A stretch of DNA of 58,754 nt from Bacteroidota bacterium (GTDB lineage: Bacteria; Bacteroidota; Bacteroidia; Flavobacteriales_F; PHOS-HE28). The position numbers and the translations under genes are program-made. Shown here piece after piece: positions 20,059 to 30,816 of this stretch. Every line of letters starts with the position of its first letter. Position 1 is the stretch's first letter. The stretch is taken from positions 1 to 58,754 of the forward strand of contig JAEZCB010000015.1 of NCBI GenBank assembly GCA_023412755.1, in the 5' to 3' direction. The notes under the pieces were generated by a model. The model saw only the letters and a program-made list of their open reading frames with translations. It ran no database searches and was not told where the DNA came from.

Positions 20059-20554
20059 GGCGGATCCGCTCTACCAATGCGGTGGTGGAAAAGCCTTCCA
20101 CCAGCTTCAACGAGCGTACTTCGCCGCCGTAACTGCGCACATAACCCGCACCTACTATGCGTTCCTCGCTCCAGTCGCCACCCTTCACCAGCACATCAGG
20201 ACCAAGGGCCTGGATCAATTCCAGAGGGGTGTCTTCCTCAAAGATCACCACGGCGTCCACATGACGTATGGCGGATAACACCTTGGCACGGCTGTCCTGG
20301 TCATTGAGGGGCCGGTCCGGGCCTTTACCCTGCCGGCGCACACTCGCATCGCTATTCAAGCCGATCACAAGGCGATCACCCAAGGCAGCGGCCTCCTCCA
20401 GGTATTCCACATGCCCACGGTGCAGAATGTCGAAACATCCGTTGGTGAACACGATCCTGTCTCCCTTCATACGCCAGATGTTGGCCATGCGCTGCACCCT
20501 AACAAGATCCAAAATGCGCTTGTCGGTGGAAGGGAGTGCCAGATCGGTGGTCAT
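20048..20554 (-). CDS. rfaE2: D-glycero-beta-D-manno-heptose 1-phosphate adenylyltransferase (RfaE domain II type cytidylyltransferase)
   Basis: [35 protein letters not shown] is the nucleotidyltransferase HxGH signature. 168 aa. Confidence 0.8.
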   Translation of the reverse strand: MTTDLALPSTDKRILDLVRVQRMANIWRMKGDRIVFTNGCFDILHRGHVEYLEEAAALGDRLVIGLNSDASVRRQGKGPDRPLNDQDSRAKVLSAIRHVDAVVIFEEDTPLELIQALGPDVLVKGGDWSEERIVGAGYVRSYGGEVRSLKLVEGFSTTALVERIRHGG

Positions 20555-21576
20555 GCGATTGCCGTGCGCCGTTTACGGGAGATCAAAAGTAATGAGATAC
20601 CGCCGAGCAGGATGACCATGATGGTCTGTGCGAACCAAAGGAGCCATCCCATGGCCAATGCATCGGGTGTTAAATGGCCACCCCCTTCTGGAGGCGCCAT
20701 GTATATGCTCACGATAAGGGCTACGAAGGCCGGATAGGCACCGATACCACCCTGCACGAGCACAATGCCCACTGAACCTGCTATGAATCCCGCCATGACC
20801 CCTGCGAAGGGCACATCCATGGTGCTTGGGAGTGCGAAGAAACCTACCCAGAACATGGCCAGATAGAGCGCCCAGATAAGCACGGTATGTCCGATGAATG
20901 CCACCTTATCCTTGGTGCGGAGTACTGAACGAAGCCCTTCAAAAAAGCCGTAAGCGGCTTTGAGGATACGCGCCCGCAGCAACGGCCGTGTAAAAATGAC
21001 CCAGCTGATCAAGAGCACTACGACCACCGCACCTGCCGCGATCCAGATCCATGGCATTTCAGGGGTGGTGCCCTCAGCGATGGTCTGGCTGGAGCGATAG
21101 CGTGTTATTCGCTCTTCGAATAGGTGCAATTTATCTATCTGCAGGAGCACGGTGATCGCAGCGATGGAAAGCAGGATGAGCATGTCCACGGTGCGTTCTG
21201 CCATGATGGTGCCGAAGCCCTTGTCAAAAGGAACACCTTCGGCACGATACAACATCACCGCCCGCGATGCCTCTCCGGCGCGCGGTAGAAGCATGTTCAT
21301 AAAGTATCCGGTCATGGTGGAATTGTAGGAGTTCCAATAGTCTACGTGATAACCCATGTGGCCCAGCAGATAGCGCCAGCGCCATGCCCGGCTCAAGTGG
21401 CTGCACCAGCCCAGGAACATGCTTACCCCCAACCACCACCAATTGGCCTGTCTGAAAGCTAGAAATAGATCCTGCCGTTGCTGTTCATCCAGCTGCCGGT
21501 AGAAATAGATCACCAGCCAGACACCCAGCACCAGGGGAATGAGGACCTTCAGCCCATTCACCACGGCCTTTTTCAT
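20551..21576 (-). CDS. Flippase-like / lysylphosphatidylglycerol-synthase-TM-region family membrane protein
   Basis: 341 aa with about 8 TM helices and an N-terminal [20 protein letters not shown]. The layout matches the UPF0104 family. It overlaps rfaE2 by 4 nt, which suggests an operon. Confidence 0.6.
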   Translation of the reverse strand: MKKAVVNGLKVLIPLVLGVWLVIYFYRQLDEQQRQDLFLAFRQANWWWLGVSMFLGWCSHLSRAWRWRYLLGHMGYHVDYWNSYNSTMTGYFMNMLLPRAGEASRAVMLYRAEGVPFDKGFGTIMAERTVDMLILLSIAAITVLLQIDKLHLFEERITRYRSSQTIAEGTTPEMPWIWIAAGAVVVVLLISWVIFTRPLLRARILKAAYGFFEGLRSVLRTKDKVAFIGHTVLIWALYLAMFWVGFFALPSTMDVPFAGVMAGFIAGSVGIVLVQGGIGAYPAFVALIVSIYMAPPEGGGHLTPDALAMGWLLWFAQTIMVILLGGISLLLISRKRRTAIA

Positions 21577-21579
21577 GGA

Positions 21580-21933
21580 TCAGGGCTTCAGGCGATTTGT
21601 TCGTTCGTCAGGGAAAACGACCATGGGACGGAAAGCACGGGCCTCTTCCAACCCCATGCGCGCATAGGCAACTATGATCACCACATCGCCTACCCGGGCC
21701 TTGTGCGCGGCCGGGCCATTCAGGCACACGTGTCCGGAACCCCGTACGCCTTTGATGACATAGGTCTCCAAACGTTCACCGTTGTTCACGTTCAACACTT
21801 GCACCTTCTCCCCTTCAATGAAACCGGCCGCATCGATGAGATCCTCATCTATGGTGATGCTGCCAATGTAATCGAGGTTCGCTTCGGTGATCTTGACCCG
21901 GTGCAGTTTAGCACGGAGCACTTCAATGGTCAT
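21580..21933 (-). CDS. panD: Aspartate 1-decarboxylase
   Basis: [32 protein letters not shown], with the G-S self-cleavage site, and [16 protein letters not shown]. Confidence 0.95.
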   Translation of the reverse strand: MTIEVLRAKLHRVKITEANLDYIGSITIDEDLIDAAGFIEGEKVQVLNVNNGERLETYVIKGVRGSGHVCLNGPAAHKARVGDVVIIVAYARMGLEEARAFRPMVVFPDERTNRLKP

Positions 21934-21980
21934 TCCAGGCCCATCGGCTTGTGCCGTTCGGGGCCGCGAAATTACAAGCT

Positions 21981-22871
21981 TTACCGGACCAGAGTCATAT
22001 TGTCTATCAGCCTCACCGCACCCAACCTGGCGGCGATCATGGCGATCACCTTGTCTCTGGCGATCATGCCCTGCAATGGACGCAGGTCTTCCGGAGCCGC
22101 GAGGCCGAAATATTCAAGGGATACACCAGCGGTTTCGCCAAGAAGGGCCTCCACATGCCGTTCCACCTCTTCAGCAGTGGTTTGGAACGCCAGATCCTGC
22201 GCAAGTGTAAGGGCACGGAACAATACGGTGGCCTGTTCGCGTTGCTCAGCATCCAGCCGTGCGTTCCGGGAACTCAGCGCCAGGCCATCCTCGGCTCTGG
22301 CGGTAGGGCAGGGTATGATCCGCTCCGGCCACCTTAGTGTATGGGCCACATGTTGCAGGATGACCAATTGCTGGCGATCCTTTTCCCCAAAGTAGGCCTG
22401 ATCTGGACGCACGAAGAAGAAAAGCCGTTCCACTATGCTCACCACGCCTTGGAAATGCCCGGGCCGTAATGGACCTTCCCAATGCCGATCCAATCCACCA
22501 AGGTCGACCTCCCCAAGCGGCCGATCCTCCAGGATCTTTTCCTTTTCTGGGGAAAATAGCAGGTGGCAGCCGGCCTGCTCCAGCATGGAGCGATCTATCT
22601 CCGGCTGGCGCGGATAACTTTCCAGGTCGCGTGGATCGTTGAACTGCAGGGGGTTCACAAAGATGCTCGCAACCGCTATATCATTCTCGTAAAGCGCCTG
22701 GCGGACCAACCCCAGGTGCCCTTCATGCAAAGCTCCCATGGTGGGTACGAAGCCAATGCGTGCGCCGTTCCTTCTTTGTAAGGCCACCCATTCTGTGGCT
22801 TCGGCAGGGGTGGTGATGATATGCACGCGGAGACTGCCCAATCGGACCGAAGGGGCCCAAGCTATGGCCAA
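21981..22871 (-). CDS. panC: Pantoate--beta-alanine ligase
   Basis: [17 protein letters not shown] motif. A GTG at 22826 ([10 protein letters not shown]) is a plausible alternative start. Confidence 0.9.
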   Translation of the reverse strand: MAIAWAPSVRLGSLRVHIITTPAEATEWVALQRRNGARIGFVPTMGALHEGHLGLVRQALYENDIAVASIFVNPLQFNDPRDLESYPRQPEIDRSMLEQAGCHLLFSPEKEKILEDRPLGEVDLGGLDRHWEGPLRPGHFQGVVSIVERLFFFVRPDQAYFGEKDRQQLVILQHVAHTLRWPERIIPCPTARAEDGLALSSRNARLDAEQREQATVLFRALTLAQDLAFQTTAEEVERHVEALLGETAGVSLEYFGLAAPEDLRPLQGMIARDKVIAMIAARLGAVRLIDNMTLVR

Positions 22872-22897
22872 AGGTTGATATATCGGTCCGGAGTGCG

Positions 22898-22905
22898 TAT
22901 TTTTG
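22898..22905 (+). promoter_or_regulatory. -7 box candidate TATTTTTG
   Basis: A perfect TAnnTTTG 20 nt upstream of the ATG at 22925. Its context TTTTGTACTC is the same as at 30755. Confidence 0.5.
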
Positions 22906-22924
22906 TACTCGAATTTCCCACGAT

Positions 22925-23749
22925 ATGAGCTTGAAGAACGTGAAGGTCTTGACCATTTCCCAATCCATTCATCCCTTTATGGACGAGCCGGAGGAAATGG
23001 CCAAGCTCACCCGGCAGTTACCTCAGGGGATCCTGGATTGCGGCAATGAGATCCGGGTATTCATGCCGAAGTTCGGCTGCATCAACGAGCGCAGGCATCA
23101 GCTGCATGAAGTGATCCGCCTCAGCGGAATGAACCTTATTATCAACGACACCGATCATGCGTTGTTGATCAAGGTGGCCAGTGTGCCAAGCGCACGTATG
23201 CAGGTCTACTTCATTGATAACGAGGAGTACTTCAAGCGCAAGGCCGATACACATGATGCGGACGGCAATTTCTTCCCGGATAACGATGAGCGCGCCCTGT
23301 TCTTTGGCCGGGGTGTACTGGAAACGGTGCGCAAGCTGGGGTGGGTACCCGATATCATCCACTGCCATGGTTGGATGACAGCGTTCGTGCCCCTTTACGT
23401 GCGGCATCATTTCAATGATGATCCACACTTCGAGAACGCGAAGCTTGTGTACACCGTGTATGATCAGAAGTGCGAGCCGCTGGATAAGAACCTCCCCAAG
23501 AAACTCGCCATGGAAGGTTTCGATCCGGAGTTGTTGAAAGGGCTGGCCAAGCCGAATACCGATGAGCTGAACAAGTTCGCCATGGGTCTTTCCGATGGTG
23601 TGGTCAGGGGGAATGCCAAGTTTGGCAAAGCCATGGAAACAGCTGTGAAGTCGATGGACAAGCCTTCCATGGGGTATGTTCCTTTTGGAGAGCATGTGAA
23701 GGCACACGCTGATTTCTATCATAGCGTTCTGGAAGAGGCCCTCGTCTGA
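22925..23749 (+). CDS. Short glycogen/starch-synthase-like protein (GT5 N-terminal domain only)
   Basis: 274 aa. VLTISQSIHPFMDEPEEMAKL...GNEIRVFMPKFGCINERRHQLHEV...VYFIDNEEYFKRK resembles the N-terminal half of GlgA. Its position between panC and a DUF4270-like gene fits a common Bacteroidota arrangement. Confidence 0.7.
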   Translation: MSLKNVKVLTISQSIHPFMDEPEEMAKLTRQLPQGILDCGNEIRVFMPKFGCINERRHQLHEVIRLSGMNLIINDTDHALLIKVASVPSARMQVYFIDNEEYFKRKADTHDADGNFFPDNDERALFFGRGVLETVRKLGWVPDIIHCHGWMTAFVPLYVRHHFNDDPHFENAKLVYTVYDQKCEPLDKNLPKKLAMEGFDPELLKGLAKPNTDELNKFAMGLSDGVVRGNAKFGKAMETAVKSMDKPSMGYVPFGEHVKAHADFYHSVLEEALV

Positions 23750-23756
23750 CCGAACA

Positions 23757-25091
23757 TTGACAACATCCACCCACGTAACGCAGGCACGGTCCACCCAGTG
23801 GACCGTGTCTTTTATTTTGTGCCTGGTACTTCTGGCTGGCTGTCGCAAGCCCGACCCGGACCTGGGCCTGGAGCTGCTGCCCGGGGATCCACTAGGTGTG
23901 GAGGCCACCACTACACCAGTGAAAGCCTTTTCATTCGTGGACGGTCCGATCCGCACCACCGGCCTTACCCGGAACCTGGTTGGATCCTATGTGGATCCCC
24001 AATTCGGAAGGTCAAGGGCTGGCATTGTCACGCAGATCCGGTTGAGCAGCGCCAATGTGGGTGCCGGCATGGATACATCCGGCCTTCAGGCGGATAGTCT
24101 GGTGCTTTCGCTGGCCTATGATGCGTCCAGCTATGGATATGGAGGGTTGGCAGCGCAGCATTTTCGGGTGTTCGAGGTGGCGGAGCCGCTGTCTGTGGAT
24201 TCTCTATACGAGACCGACGATGTTCCCGAAGTTGTGCCGGTGGATCTGGTAACAGGCCGTGATGCCATACTTACACCTCGACCATTGATGCCCGTGCAGA
24301 TCGGAGAGGAAACAATGGCTCCGCAATTGCGGATCAAACTGGATCGGGCTTTGGCGGAGCGATTCATGGATGCGTTCGGCACACCGATCCTCAATGACAA
24401 CAATTCCTTCCTTGATCATTTCCGTGGACTGTACATCACAGTGGACAATGGAGAACAGGTGCCATTCCAGCAAGGCATCCTCTACTTCGACCTGCTGAAT
24501 GCAGCCTCCAAAGTGACACTTTACTACCATGATGCCGTGGACATGATCCCGCGCACCTACGACTTCCCGATCAACGAGAATTCGGTGAGGTATACCGTAG
24601 CGGAATTCGATCGATCCACTGTGCCGGTGTTGGAGCAGGCGCTGAACGACTCCACGTTGGTGACCGAGGCCTTATATCTGCAAGCACTTGGCGGCCCACG
24701 CATTGCGGTACGATTGCCAGATGTGATGGAACTGGCCCAGGAAGGGCAGGCCATTTCCAGGGCCGAATTGATCGTACCGGTCCAGGGCACCTTCAACCCA
24801 TACCTGCCTCCGCCCGGGCAGATCTTTCTTTTCCGGCGTGGTGCCGATGGGGAGGAGGAGTTCCTGCCCGATCAATTGGGCGGCATTGGATCCATTGATG
24901 GCGTATACCGGACTGCCACATCGGAATACCGATTCAATATAACCCGATACGTGCAGCATGTGCTGGCCGGCACACTGCCCAACAACGGGTTCGAATTGGT
25001 GGCTGGCTCCAGTGGTGTGACCGCCAACCGCGTGGTGCTGCGGCCCCCTGGGGAGGGTATGAGGCTGGCTCTTACCTTTACCACATACTGA
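23757..25091 (+). CDS. DUF4270-like lipoprotein
   Basis: Lipobox VSFILCLVLLAGC, 444 aa. The call rests mainly on its position after the short glycogen-synthase-like gene. The longest-ORF start is TTG. Confidence 0.5.
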   Translation: MTTSTHVTQARSTQWTVSFILCLVLLAGCRKPDPDLGLELLPGDPLGVEATTTPVKAFSFVDGPIRTTGLTRNLVGSYVDPQFGRSRAGIVTQIRLSSANVGAGMDTSGLQADSLVLSLAYDASSYGYGGLAAQHFRVFEVAEPLSVDSLYETDDVPEVVPVDLVTGRDAILTPRPLMPVQIGEETMAPQLRIKLDRALAERFMDAFGTPILNDNNSFLDHFRGLYITVDNGEQVPFQQGILYFDLLNAASKVTLYYHDAVDMIPRTYDFPINENSVRYTVAEFDRSTVPVLEQALNDSTLVTEALYLQALGGPRIAVRLPDVMELAQEGQAISRAELIVPVQGTFNPYLPPPGQIFLFRRGADGEEEFLPDQLGGIGSIDGVYRTATSEYRFNITRYVQHVLAGTLPNNGFELVAGSSGVTANRVVLRPPGEGMRLALTFTTY

Positions 25092-25098
25092 TAGTGGC

Positions 25099-26943
25099 AT
25101 GTGTGGGATAGTGGCCTATATGGGAAGCAAGCAGGCTTACCCGATCCTGATCAATGGTCTAAGGCGGCTGGAATACCGTGGGTATGACAGTGCGGGCGTG
25201 GCCTTGCTGGACGGCGATGATCTGCATATCCATAAATGCCAGGGCAAGGTGAGTGATCTGGAGCGGCATGTGGTGGGTAAGAATTTGCAAGGTGGCCTCG
25301 GTATAGGCCATACCCGATGGGCCACCCACGGTCCGCCCAATGATGTGAATGCCCACCCGCACCAGGGTACCAGTGGCGATCTGGCCATGATCCACAATGG
25401 GATCATCGAGAACTATGCGGCCATCAAGGAGGAGTTGATCCATCGCGGACATGTCTTCAAGAGCGAGACGGATACCGAGGTGTTGGTGCACCTGATCGAT
25501 GATATCCAACGAACGGATGGCCTTGATCTGGCGCAGGCGGTAAGGCTGGCCTTGGACAGTGTGGTGGGTGCCTATGCCATTGTGGTGATCGATCGCAAGG
25601 ATCCAGATGTGATGGTGGCGGCAAGGAAGAGTTCTCCGTTGGTGATCGGCATCGGAGAGGATGGCGATCACTTCATCGCCAGCGATGCAACGCCTATCGT
25701 AGAGCATACCAAGAACGTGGTGTACCTGGAGGATGGCGAGATCGCGGTGATCCACCGCGACAAGCCTTTGAAGATCCGCAACATCAAGAACCAGGACAAG
25801 ACGCCTTTCATCCAGGAGCTTGAAATGCATTTGGAGGCCTTGGAGAAGGGCGGCTATGACCATTTCATGCTGAAGGAAATACATGAGCAGCCGCGCAGTA
25901 TCCGGGACAGCATGCGGGGCCGGATCGATCTGGTGAAGGGTAAGGTGGTATTGGGCGGCATCAAGGATTACGAGCAGAAGTTCATCAACGCCAAACGGAT
26001 CCTGATCGTGGGTTGCGGCACCAGTTGGCATGCCGGGTTGGTGGGCGAATACCTGTTCGAGGAGCTTGCACGCATCCCTGTGGAAGTGGAATACGCAAGT
26101 GAGTTCCGCTACCGCAATCCGATCGTTGGTGAGCATGATATCGTGATCGCCATCAGCCAGAGTGGCGAAACGGCCGATACTCTCGCGGCCATTGAGCTGG
26201 CACGTTCCCGGGGTGCCACGATCATAGGCATATGCAATGTGGTCGGTAGCAGCATAGCCCGCGTTACGCACGCTGGATCATACACACACGCAGGTCCGGA
26301 GATCGGTGTGGCCAGCACAAAGGCGTTCACCGCGCAGGTCACCGTTCTTACCCTTATGGCCCTGATGATCGGCCATAAGCGGGGCACCATCAGCGGAAGC
26401 AATTTCTACCGCTTGTTGAATGAATTGGATTCCATCCCAGACAAGGTGCAGAAGGTTCTGGGAGTTGAAGCCCAGATCAAGTACATCGCCGACATCTATA
26501 AGGATGCGACCAATGCCCTTTACCTGGGCCGTGGGTTCTCCTTTCCTGTAGCACTTGAAGGTGCATTGAAACTGAAGGAGATCAGTTATATCCATGCGGA
26601 AGGATACCCAGCCGCTGAGATGAAGCATGGTCCCATCGCGTTGATCGATGAGGCCATGCCCGTATTCGTGATCGCCACCAAGGGTGCCAGTTACGAGAAG
26701 GTGGTGAGCAACATCCAGGAAGTGAAGGCCCGGAAGGGCAAGATCATCGCCATCATCACTGAAGGTGACAGTGTGGTCCGATCACTGGCCGATCATGCTA
26801 TTGAGATACCCGACACACCCGATGTGCTCGTGCCACTGTTGAGTGTGATCCCTTTGCAGTTGATCAGTTACCATATCGCCGTCATGCGCGGCTGCAATGT
26901 GGATCAGCCGCGCAACCTGGCAAAGAGTGTTACTGTGGAGTAG
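25099..26943 (+). CDS. glmS: Glutamine--fructose-6-phosphate aminotransferase (isomerizing)
   Basis: MCGIVAY N-terminal nucleophile, two SIS domains, C-terminal ...DQPRNLAKSVTVE. Confidence 0.97.
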   Translation: MCGIVAYMGSKQAYPILINGLRRLEYRGYDSAGVALLDGDDLHIHKCQGKVSDLERHVVGKNLQGGLGIGHTRWATHGPPNDVNAHPHQGTSGDLAMIHNGIIENYAAIKEELIHRGHVFKSETDTEVLVHLIDDIQRTDGLDLAQAVRLALDSVVGAYAIVVIDRKDPDVMVAARKSSPLVIGIGEDGDHFIASDATPIVEHTKNVVYLEDGEIAVIHRDKPLKIRNIKNQDKTPFIQELEMHLEALEKGGYDHFMLKEIHEQPRSIRDSMRGRIDLVKGKVVLGGIKDYEQKFINAKRILIVGCGTSWHAGLVGEYLFEELARIPVEVEYASEFRYRNPIVGEHDIVIAISQSGETADTLAAIELARSRGATIIGICNVVGSSIARVTHAGSYTHAGPEIGVASTKAFTAQVTVLTLMALMIGHKRGTISGSNFYRLLNELDSIPDKVQKVLGVEAQIKYIADIYKDATNALYLGRGFSFPVALEGALKLKEISYIHAEGYPAAEMKHGPIALIDEAMPVFVIATKGASYEKVVSNIQEVKARKGKIIAIITEGDSVVRSLADHAIEIPDTPDVLVPLLSVIPLQLISYHIAVMRGCNVDQPRNLAKSVTVE

Positions 26944-27295
26944 GCGGTGCCCACATGAACACCCTGTTGTTGTCTCGGAAAGGCCCCAGATCCTTCGCGA
27001 AGAGCAGATGCCCCAGGTCTATGAGCGGTAGGAGCCCGAATCCACCGAATGTGATCCCATAGATCACGGCCACTTTCACATCCGTTCCCAGGTAGAGCCT
27101 GTGGGCGCCAAAAGTGCCAAGCATCACCGCCAGAAGACCTCCGATCAGACGCTGGTCCTCTTTTTCGTACGCGGGTAGATCCCTCAGATGGCGCAGCATT
27201 TCTTCCGATCGCACATCCTGGTATGGGCCACCAGCCTGCACGCAGCGCACCATGATCATGAACAGCAGAAGGAAGATGCAGTGGCGCATGAGCAC
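26930..27295 (-). CDS. TM2 domain-containing membrane protein
   Basis: LLAVMLGTFGAHRLYLGTDVKVAVIYGITFGGFGLLPLIDLGHLLF is the TM2 signature. The track start is GTG; the ATG at 27289 (MRHCIF...) is an alternative. Confidence 0.75.
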   Translation of the reverse strand: MLMRHCIFLLLFMIMVRCVQAGGPYQDVRSEEMLRHLRDLPAYEKEDQRLIGGLLAVMLGTFGAHRLYLGTDVKVAVIYGITFGGFGLLPLIDLGHLLFAKDLGPFRDNNRVFMWAPPTPQ

Positions 27296-27329
27296 AAAAT
27301 AAAAAGGGCGCCGGTACTCCAGCGCCCTT
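27293..27329 (-). terminator. Rho-independent terminator of the sod gene
   Basis: aaagggcgc (27302-27310) pairs with gcgcccttt (27321-27329). On the minus strand the hairpin is followed by TTTTTATTTTG. Confidence 0.65.
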
Positions 27330-27345
27330 TCTTCATTCCATAGTC

Positions 27346-27954
27346 TTATTTTCCTTCAGCGTAGAGCTTCGCCACTTCGTCCCAATTCACCACATTCCAG
27401 AAGGCTTTGGTGTAATCCGGGCGTTTGTTCTGGTACTTCAGATAGTAGGCATGCTCCCAAACATCCAGGCCAAGCACAGGTGTGCCACCACAGCCGGTGT
27501 TGGGCATAAGCGGATTGTCCTGGTTCGGTGTGCTGCATATTTCCAGCTTTCCGCCGGCATGCACACAAAGCCATGCCCAGCCACTTCCGAACCGGGAGGT
27601 GGCGGCCTGCTCGAATTTCTCCTTGAATGAATCGAAGGAGCCGAATTCGCGATCGATGGCCTGTGCGAGTTCGCCACCTGGTTTGCCCCCTTTACCTGGT
27701 GCCATGATCCTCCAGAAAAGGCTGTGGTTGTAATGGCCGCCCCCGTTGTTGCGCACGGCATTGTTGTTCATGTCCATGCCTTTCATCAGATCCTCCAGGG
27801 ATCTATCCGCCATGGGAGTGCCTTCCACCGCCTTGTTCAAGTTGGTGACATAGGCGTTGTGGTGCTTGCCATGATGGATCTCCATGGTCTCCTTATCGAT
27901 GTGTGGCTCCAGCGCGTCGGAAGGGTAGGGTAGGTCTGGTAGTTTGAATGCCAT
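27346..27954 (-). CDS. Superoxide dismutase (Fe/Mn family)
   Basis: [14 protein letters not shown] and [20 protein letters not shown] motifs. 202 aa. Confidence 0.95.
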   Translation of the reverse strand: MAFKLPDLPYPSDALEPHIDKETMEIHHGKHHNAYVTNLNKAVEGTPMADRSLEDLMKGMDMNNNAVRNNGGGHYNHSLFWRIMAPGKGGKPGGELAQAIDREFGSFDSFKEKFEQAATSRFGSGWAWLCVHAGGKLEICSTPNQDNPLMPNTGCGGTPVLGLDVWEHAYYLKYQNKRPDYTKAFWNVVNWDEVAKLYAEGK

Positions 27955-27992
27955 TCTTTATCAGGATTTTTGATGATCGTTGATCAGGAGGA

Positions 27993-28000
27993 CAAAGATA
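27993..28000 (-). promoter_or_regulatory. -7 box candidate (TATCTTTG on the minus strand) for sod
   Basis: The plus strand reads caaagata, 39 nt upstream of the start at 27954. Confidence 0.45.
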
Positions 28001-28048
28001 GTTCGATGAATAGGGGGTGGAGCTTTGATGGTCCGCTTGCAAACCACA

Positions 28049-28056
28049 TACATTTG
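28049..28056 (+). promoter_or_regulatory. -7 box candidate TACATTTG
   Basis: It ends 29 nt upstream of the ATG at 28085. Confidence 0.45.
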
Positions 28057-28084
28057 CGCGCAACATCCCAAACACCAAACCGAT

Positions 28085-28342
28085 ATGATCAAGAAGTTCG
28101 CCCTCGTTGCCACCGTGGCCGCCCTGTTCGTTGCTTGCAGCAGCGAGGATACCGGAGCGATGGAAGAAAAGGCCCAGACCGATGCCAATGCCCAGGAAAT
28201 GCTGGACGCTGCCGCTGCTGATGCGGAGGTGGTTGTAGCCCCGGAGACCACCGAGGCCGAGGAGGTGGTGATCGAAGAGACCGAAGCACCAGCTGAAGGC
28301 GTGGAAGCGGAGACCGAGGTGGAAGTGGAGGAAGCCAAGTGA
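28085..28342 (+). CDS. Small acidic low-complexity lipoprotein
   Basis: An in-frame ATG inside ORF 28025..28342 gives MIKKFALVATVAALFVACSS (lipobox), followed by an E/A/T/V-rich tail. Confidence 0.55.
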   Translation: MIKKFALVATVAALFVACSSEDTGAMEEKAQTDANAQEMLDAAAADAEVVVAPETTEAEEVVIEETEAPAEGVEAETEVEVEEAK

Positions 28343-28365
28343 TCGGGCAACAAGATCAGCATGTT

Positions 28366-28394
28366 ACAAAGGGCCCTATTCCGGGGCCCTTTGT
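28366..28394. terminator. Hairpin between convergent genes
   Basis: acaaagggcc (28366-28375) pairs with ggccctttgt (28385-28394). There is no clear U-tract on either side. Confidence 0.4.
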
Positions 28395-28397
28395 CAT

Positions 28398-30041
28398 TCA
28401 ATACCCTGGCAGGAAAGCATGCGATCTAGCCAATTCCTCATTGGCACGCCGGTAAATGCGGTCACCGCCGAGCATGATCTCATAATAACCGGCATTACCC
28501 CAGATGTTACGTGCTATACCGGCCTTCAGCCGCATGCGGATCTGCGAGCGGGATGCTTCCTTTTCCGTGGGCCGTTCTTCAATACCCAGGGTCCTGGCGT
28601 AGCCATCCAATTCATTCAATAGCTGTTCGGAGATCTCATATCGCCTGGCGAAATCCTGTGCCGAGCCCATAGCCATCAGCCTGGCTCGATCCCTGTCCGC
28701 TACATCGAACGCGAATTGGTTGAGGGCACCGCTGAAGAAGAGTTGCGTGAGATATCCGGAAGCCTCGCTGGTATCCGCCGGTACGAAGATGTCCGGCATT
28801 ATGCCGCCACCACCATAGACGGTCCGTCCCTTTACCGTAGTGAAGACCTGGGATGAATCCAGCCGGATGCTGTCGATGGAGATCAATTCACCATGATCGA
28901 ACCGATCATCCAGATCCTGCCCATAATCGATACCATCGCCATAGGGGCGTTGTATGGAGCGGCCGCTTGGGGTGTAATAGCGGGCGGTCGTGAGTCTTAC
29001 CGCGCTATGATCCGGCAGGTCCACATGCTCCTGCACCAGCCCTTTTCCAAAGGATCGCCGCCCCACGATGAGGCCTCTGTCATTGTCCTGTACTGCGCCA
29101 GCTATGATCTCACTTGCGCTGGCCGATCCTTCATCGATCAAGACCGCCAGCCGCAGATCGTGAAGATGACCGCGGGATGTGGCGGTGATATCCCTGCGCG
29201 GTGAATTGCGCCCTTTGGTATACACGATCACACTGCCACGCTCCAGGAATTCATCCGCGAGTTCAACGGCGGAAGTAAGATAGCCGCCACCATTGCCGCG
29301 CAGATCGAGCACCAACTGCCGCATACCCTGCTCCTGCAAGGCCATCGCCGCTTCCAGGAACTCCGCGTGCGTATTCTTGGCGAAACGGGTGAGTTTGATG
29401 TATCCCGTGCCGTCAGCATCAAGCATGGATACCGCCACACTATGGATCGGGATCGTGCCTCTGGGAATGGTCACTTCGAACGGGTTGCTCCGCCCAGAAC
29501 GAAGGATCTCCACCTTCACTTCACTGCCTTGCGGACCACGGAGGCTGCGCATAACATCCTCGTTGGAGATGTTCACTCCGGCCAATGCTTTGCCATCCGC
29601 GGAAATGATCCTGTCTCCCGCACGGATGCCAACGGAGGCGCTGGGTCCGCCATCAACAGGGGCTATCACCACGATGGTGTCCCGCTGTATGGCGAATTCC
29701 ACACCGATGCCCTCGAAACTGCCTTCAAGTGGTTCCTGTGCAGCGCGTAGTTCTGCCGTGGTTATGTAATAGCTGTGCGGATCCAGCCGTTGCAGGATGT
29801 CCTGCAGTACTTCATCCACCAGCTTGTTCTTTTCCACGGTGTCCACATACTGCCTATCGATCAACTCCAGCACCTGGCCGATCTTGTCCGCAGCACTGGC
29901 GTCGCGCATTCTGAATACGGTGAGCGCACCACCATTCGCAGAGCTCCCGCTCAGGTGCTGCCCGATGAACAGGCCGGCCACCATGGCCAGTGCGAGGAAA
30001 AGCGGAATAAATGGTGAAACAGGACGTGGCTGATGCTTCAT
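28398..30041 (-). CDS. ctp: S41-family carboxyl-terminal processing peptidase
   Basis: PDZ-like region and catalytic segment DEGSASASEIIAGAVQDNDRGLIVGRRSFGKGLVQ. N-terminal TM anchor. Confidence 0.9.
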   Translation of the reverse strand: MKHQPRPVSPFIPLFLALAMVAGLFIGQHLSGSSANGGALTVFRMRDASAADKIGQVLELIDRQYVDTVEKNKLVDEVLQDILQRLDPHSYYITTAELRAAQEPLEGSFEGIGVEFAIQRDTIVVIAPVDGGPSASVGIRAGDRIISADGKALAGVNISNEDVMRSLRGPQGSEVKVEILRSGRSNPFEVTIPRGTIPIHSVAVSMLDADGTGYIKLTRFAKNTHAEFLEAAMALQEQGMRQLVLDLRGNGGGYLTSAVELADEFLERGSVIVYTKGRNSPRRDITATSRGHLHDLRLAVLIDEGSASASEIIAGAVQDNDRGLIVGRRSFGKGLVQEHVDLPDHSAVRLTTARYYTPSGRSIQRPYGDGIDYGQDLDDRFDHGELISIDSIRLDSSQVFTTVKGRTVYGGGGIMPDIFVPADTSEASGYLTQLFFSGALNQFAFDVADRDRARLMAMGSAQDFARRYEISEQLLNELDGYARTLGIEERPTEKEASRSQIRMRLKAGIARNIWGNAGYYEIMLGGDRIYRRANEELARSHAFLPGY

Positions 30042-30496
30042 GCTCCGGTGGCGGTATCCAATCTACATACCATCAGGCCGCCGCGCTCCAGAAGCCGCAG
30101 ACCGGATAGGTCTTTGTACTCATCCAGATACACCAGCCTGATGACGCCCGCCTGGAGTATGAGTTTACTGCACTCCTTGCAGGGCGAATGTGTCAAGTAT
30201 AACGTGGCTCCATTCGCATTGTTGGTGCTGCGTGCCACCTTCATTATGGCATTTGCCTCAGCATGGAGTACATACCAATGTGTGAGCCCTTCGGCATCTT
30301 CACAATCATTGGGAAATCCAGTTGGGGTTCCATTGTATCCATCGCTGATGATCATGCCATCCTTCACCAACAACGCACCTACTTTCTTCCTTTTGCAATG
30401 GCTCAACTTCGCCCATTCCAAGGCCATGCGCATATAGGCCCGATCGTATCGCTCTTGTTTCGCGGGATCGGCGTACACCATTTGATCCTTCTGCAT
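30038..30496 (-). CDS. Deoxycytidylate (dCMP) deaminase, ComEB-like
   Basis: Zinc motifs HAEANAI and PCKECSKLI. It overlaps ctp by 4 nt. Confidence 0.9.
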   Translation of the reverse strand: MQKDQMVYADPAKQERYDRAYMRMALEWAKLSHCKRKKVGALLVKDGMIISDGYNGTPTGFPNDCEDAEGLTHWYVLHAEANAIMKVARSTNNANGATLYLTHSPCKECSKLILQAGVIRLVYLDEYKDLSGLRLLERGGLMVCRLDTATGA

Positions 30497-30558
30497 GTGG
30501 TAAGTTGGCCGGAAAGGGCCGGGACCATGAAAGGTGCCGGAGACACCTCAGGTGGAAG

Positions 30559-30640
30559 TACCCAGGGCGGGACTCGAACCCGCACGAATTGCTTCACTGG
30601 TGTTTGAGACCAGCGCGTCTACCGATTCCGCCACCTGGGT
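30559..30640 (-). tRNA. tRNA-Leu (anticodon CAA)
   Basis: The minus strand reads ACCCAGGTGGCGGAATCGGTAGACGCGCTGGTCTCAAACACCAGTGAAGCAATTCGTGCGGGTTCGAGTCCCGCCCTGGGTA. It folds with a 7-bp acceptor stem, a GCG/CGC D stem, anticodon stem CTGGT/ACCAG with loop CTCAAAC, a long variable arm GAAgcaaTTC, and a T arm GCGGG-TTCGAGT-CCCGC. CCA is not encoded. Confidence 0.95.
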
Positions 30641-30754
30641 AGGTGTTGTTGAAAGAACTTGCCCCTGTTCTGGGGGACGCGAAGATAACCAACAACACCG
30701 ATCTCTTCCATTGGCATGGCTGCCCAAAGGGATGATCAGGTGGGATGGGGTCCG

Positions 30755-30762
30755 TAATTTTG
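30755..30762 (+). promoter_or_regulatory. -7 box candidate TAATTTTG for the bacilliredoxin gene
   Basis: A perfect TAnnTTTG 55 nt upstream of the ATG at 30817. Confidence 0.5.
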
Positions 30763-30816
30763 TACTCCTGCCAACACGGCGATGAGGCCGTGGCACCAAC
30801 GGAACTTTAGAAGACC

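Noticed and set aside
21478-22395. 305-aa + ORF spanning panD/panC
   Set aside because: It is antisense to two unambiguous genes and is Arg/Ser/Ala-rich.
23018-23959. 313-aa minus-strand ORF
   Set aside because: It is antisense to the glycogen-synthase-like and DUF4270-like genes. Its composition is biased (H/R/L/I) and it has no motif.
25159-26271. 370-aa minus-strand ORF
   Set aside because: It is antisense to glmS, which is unambiguous.
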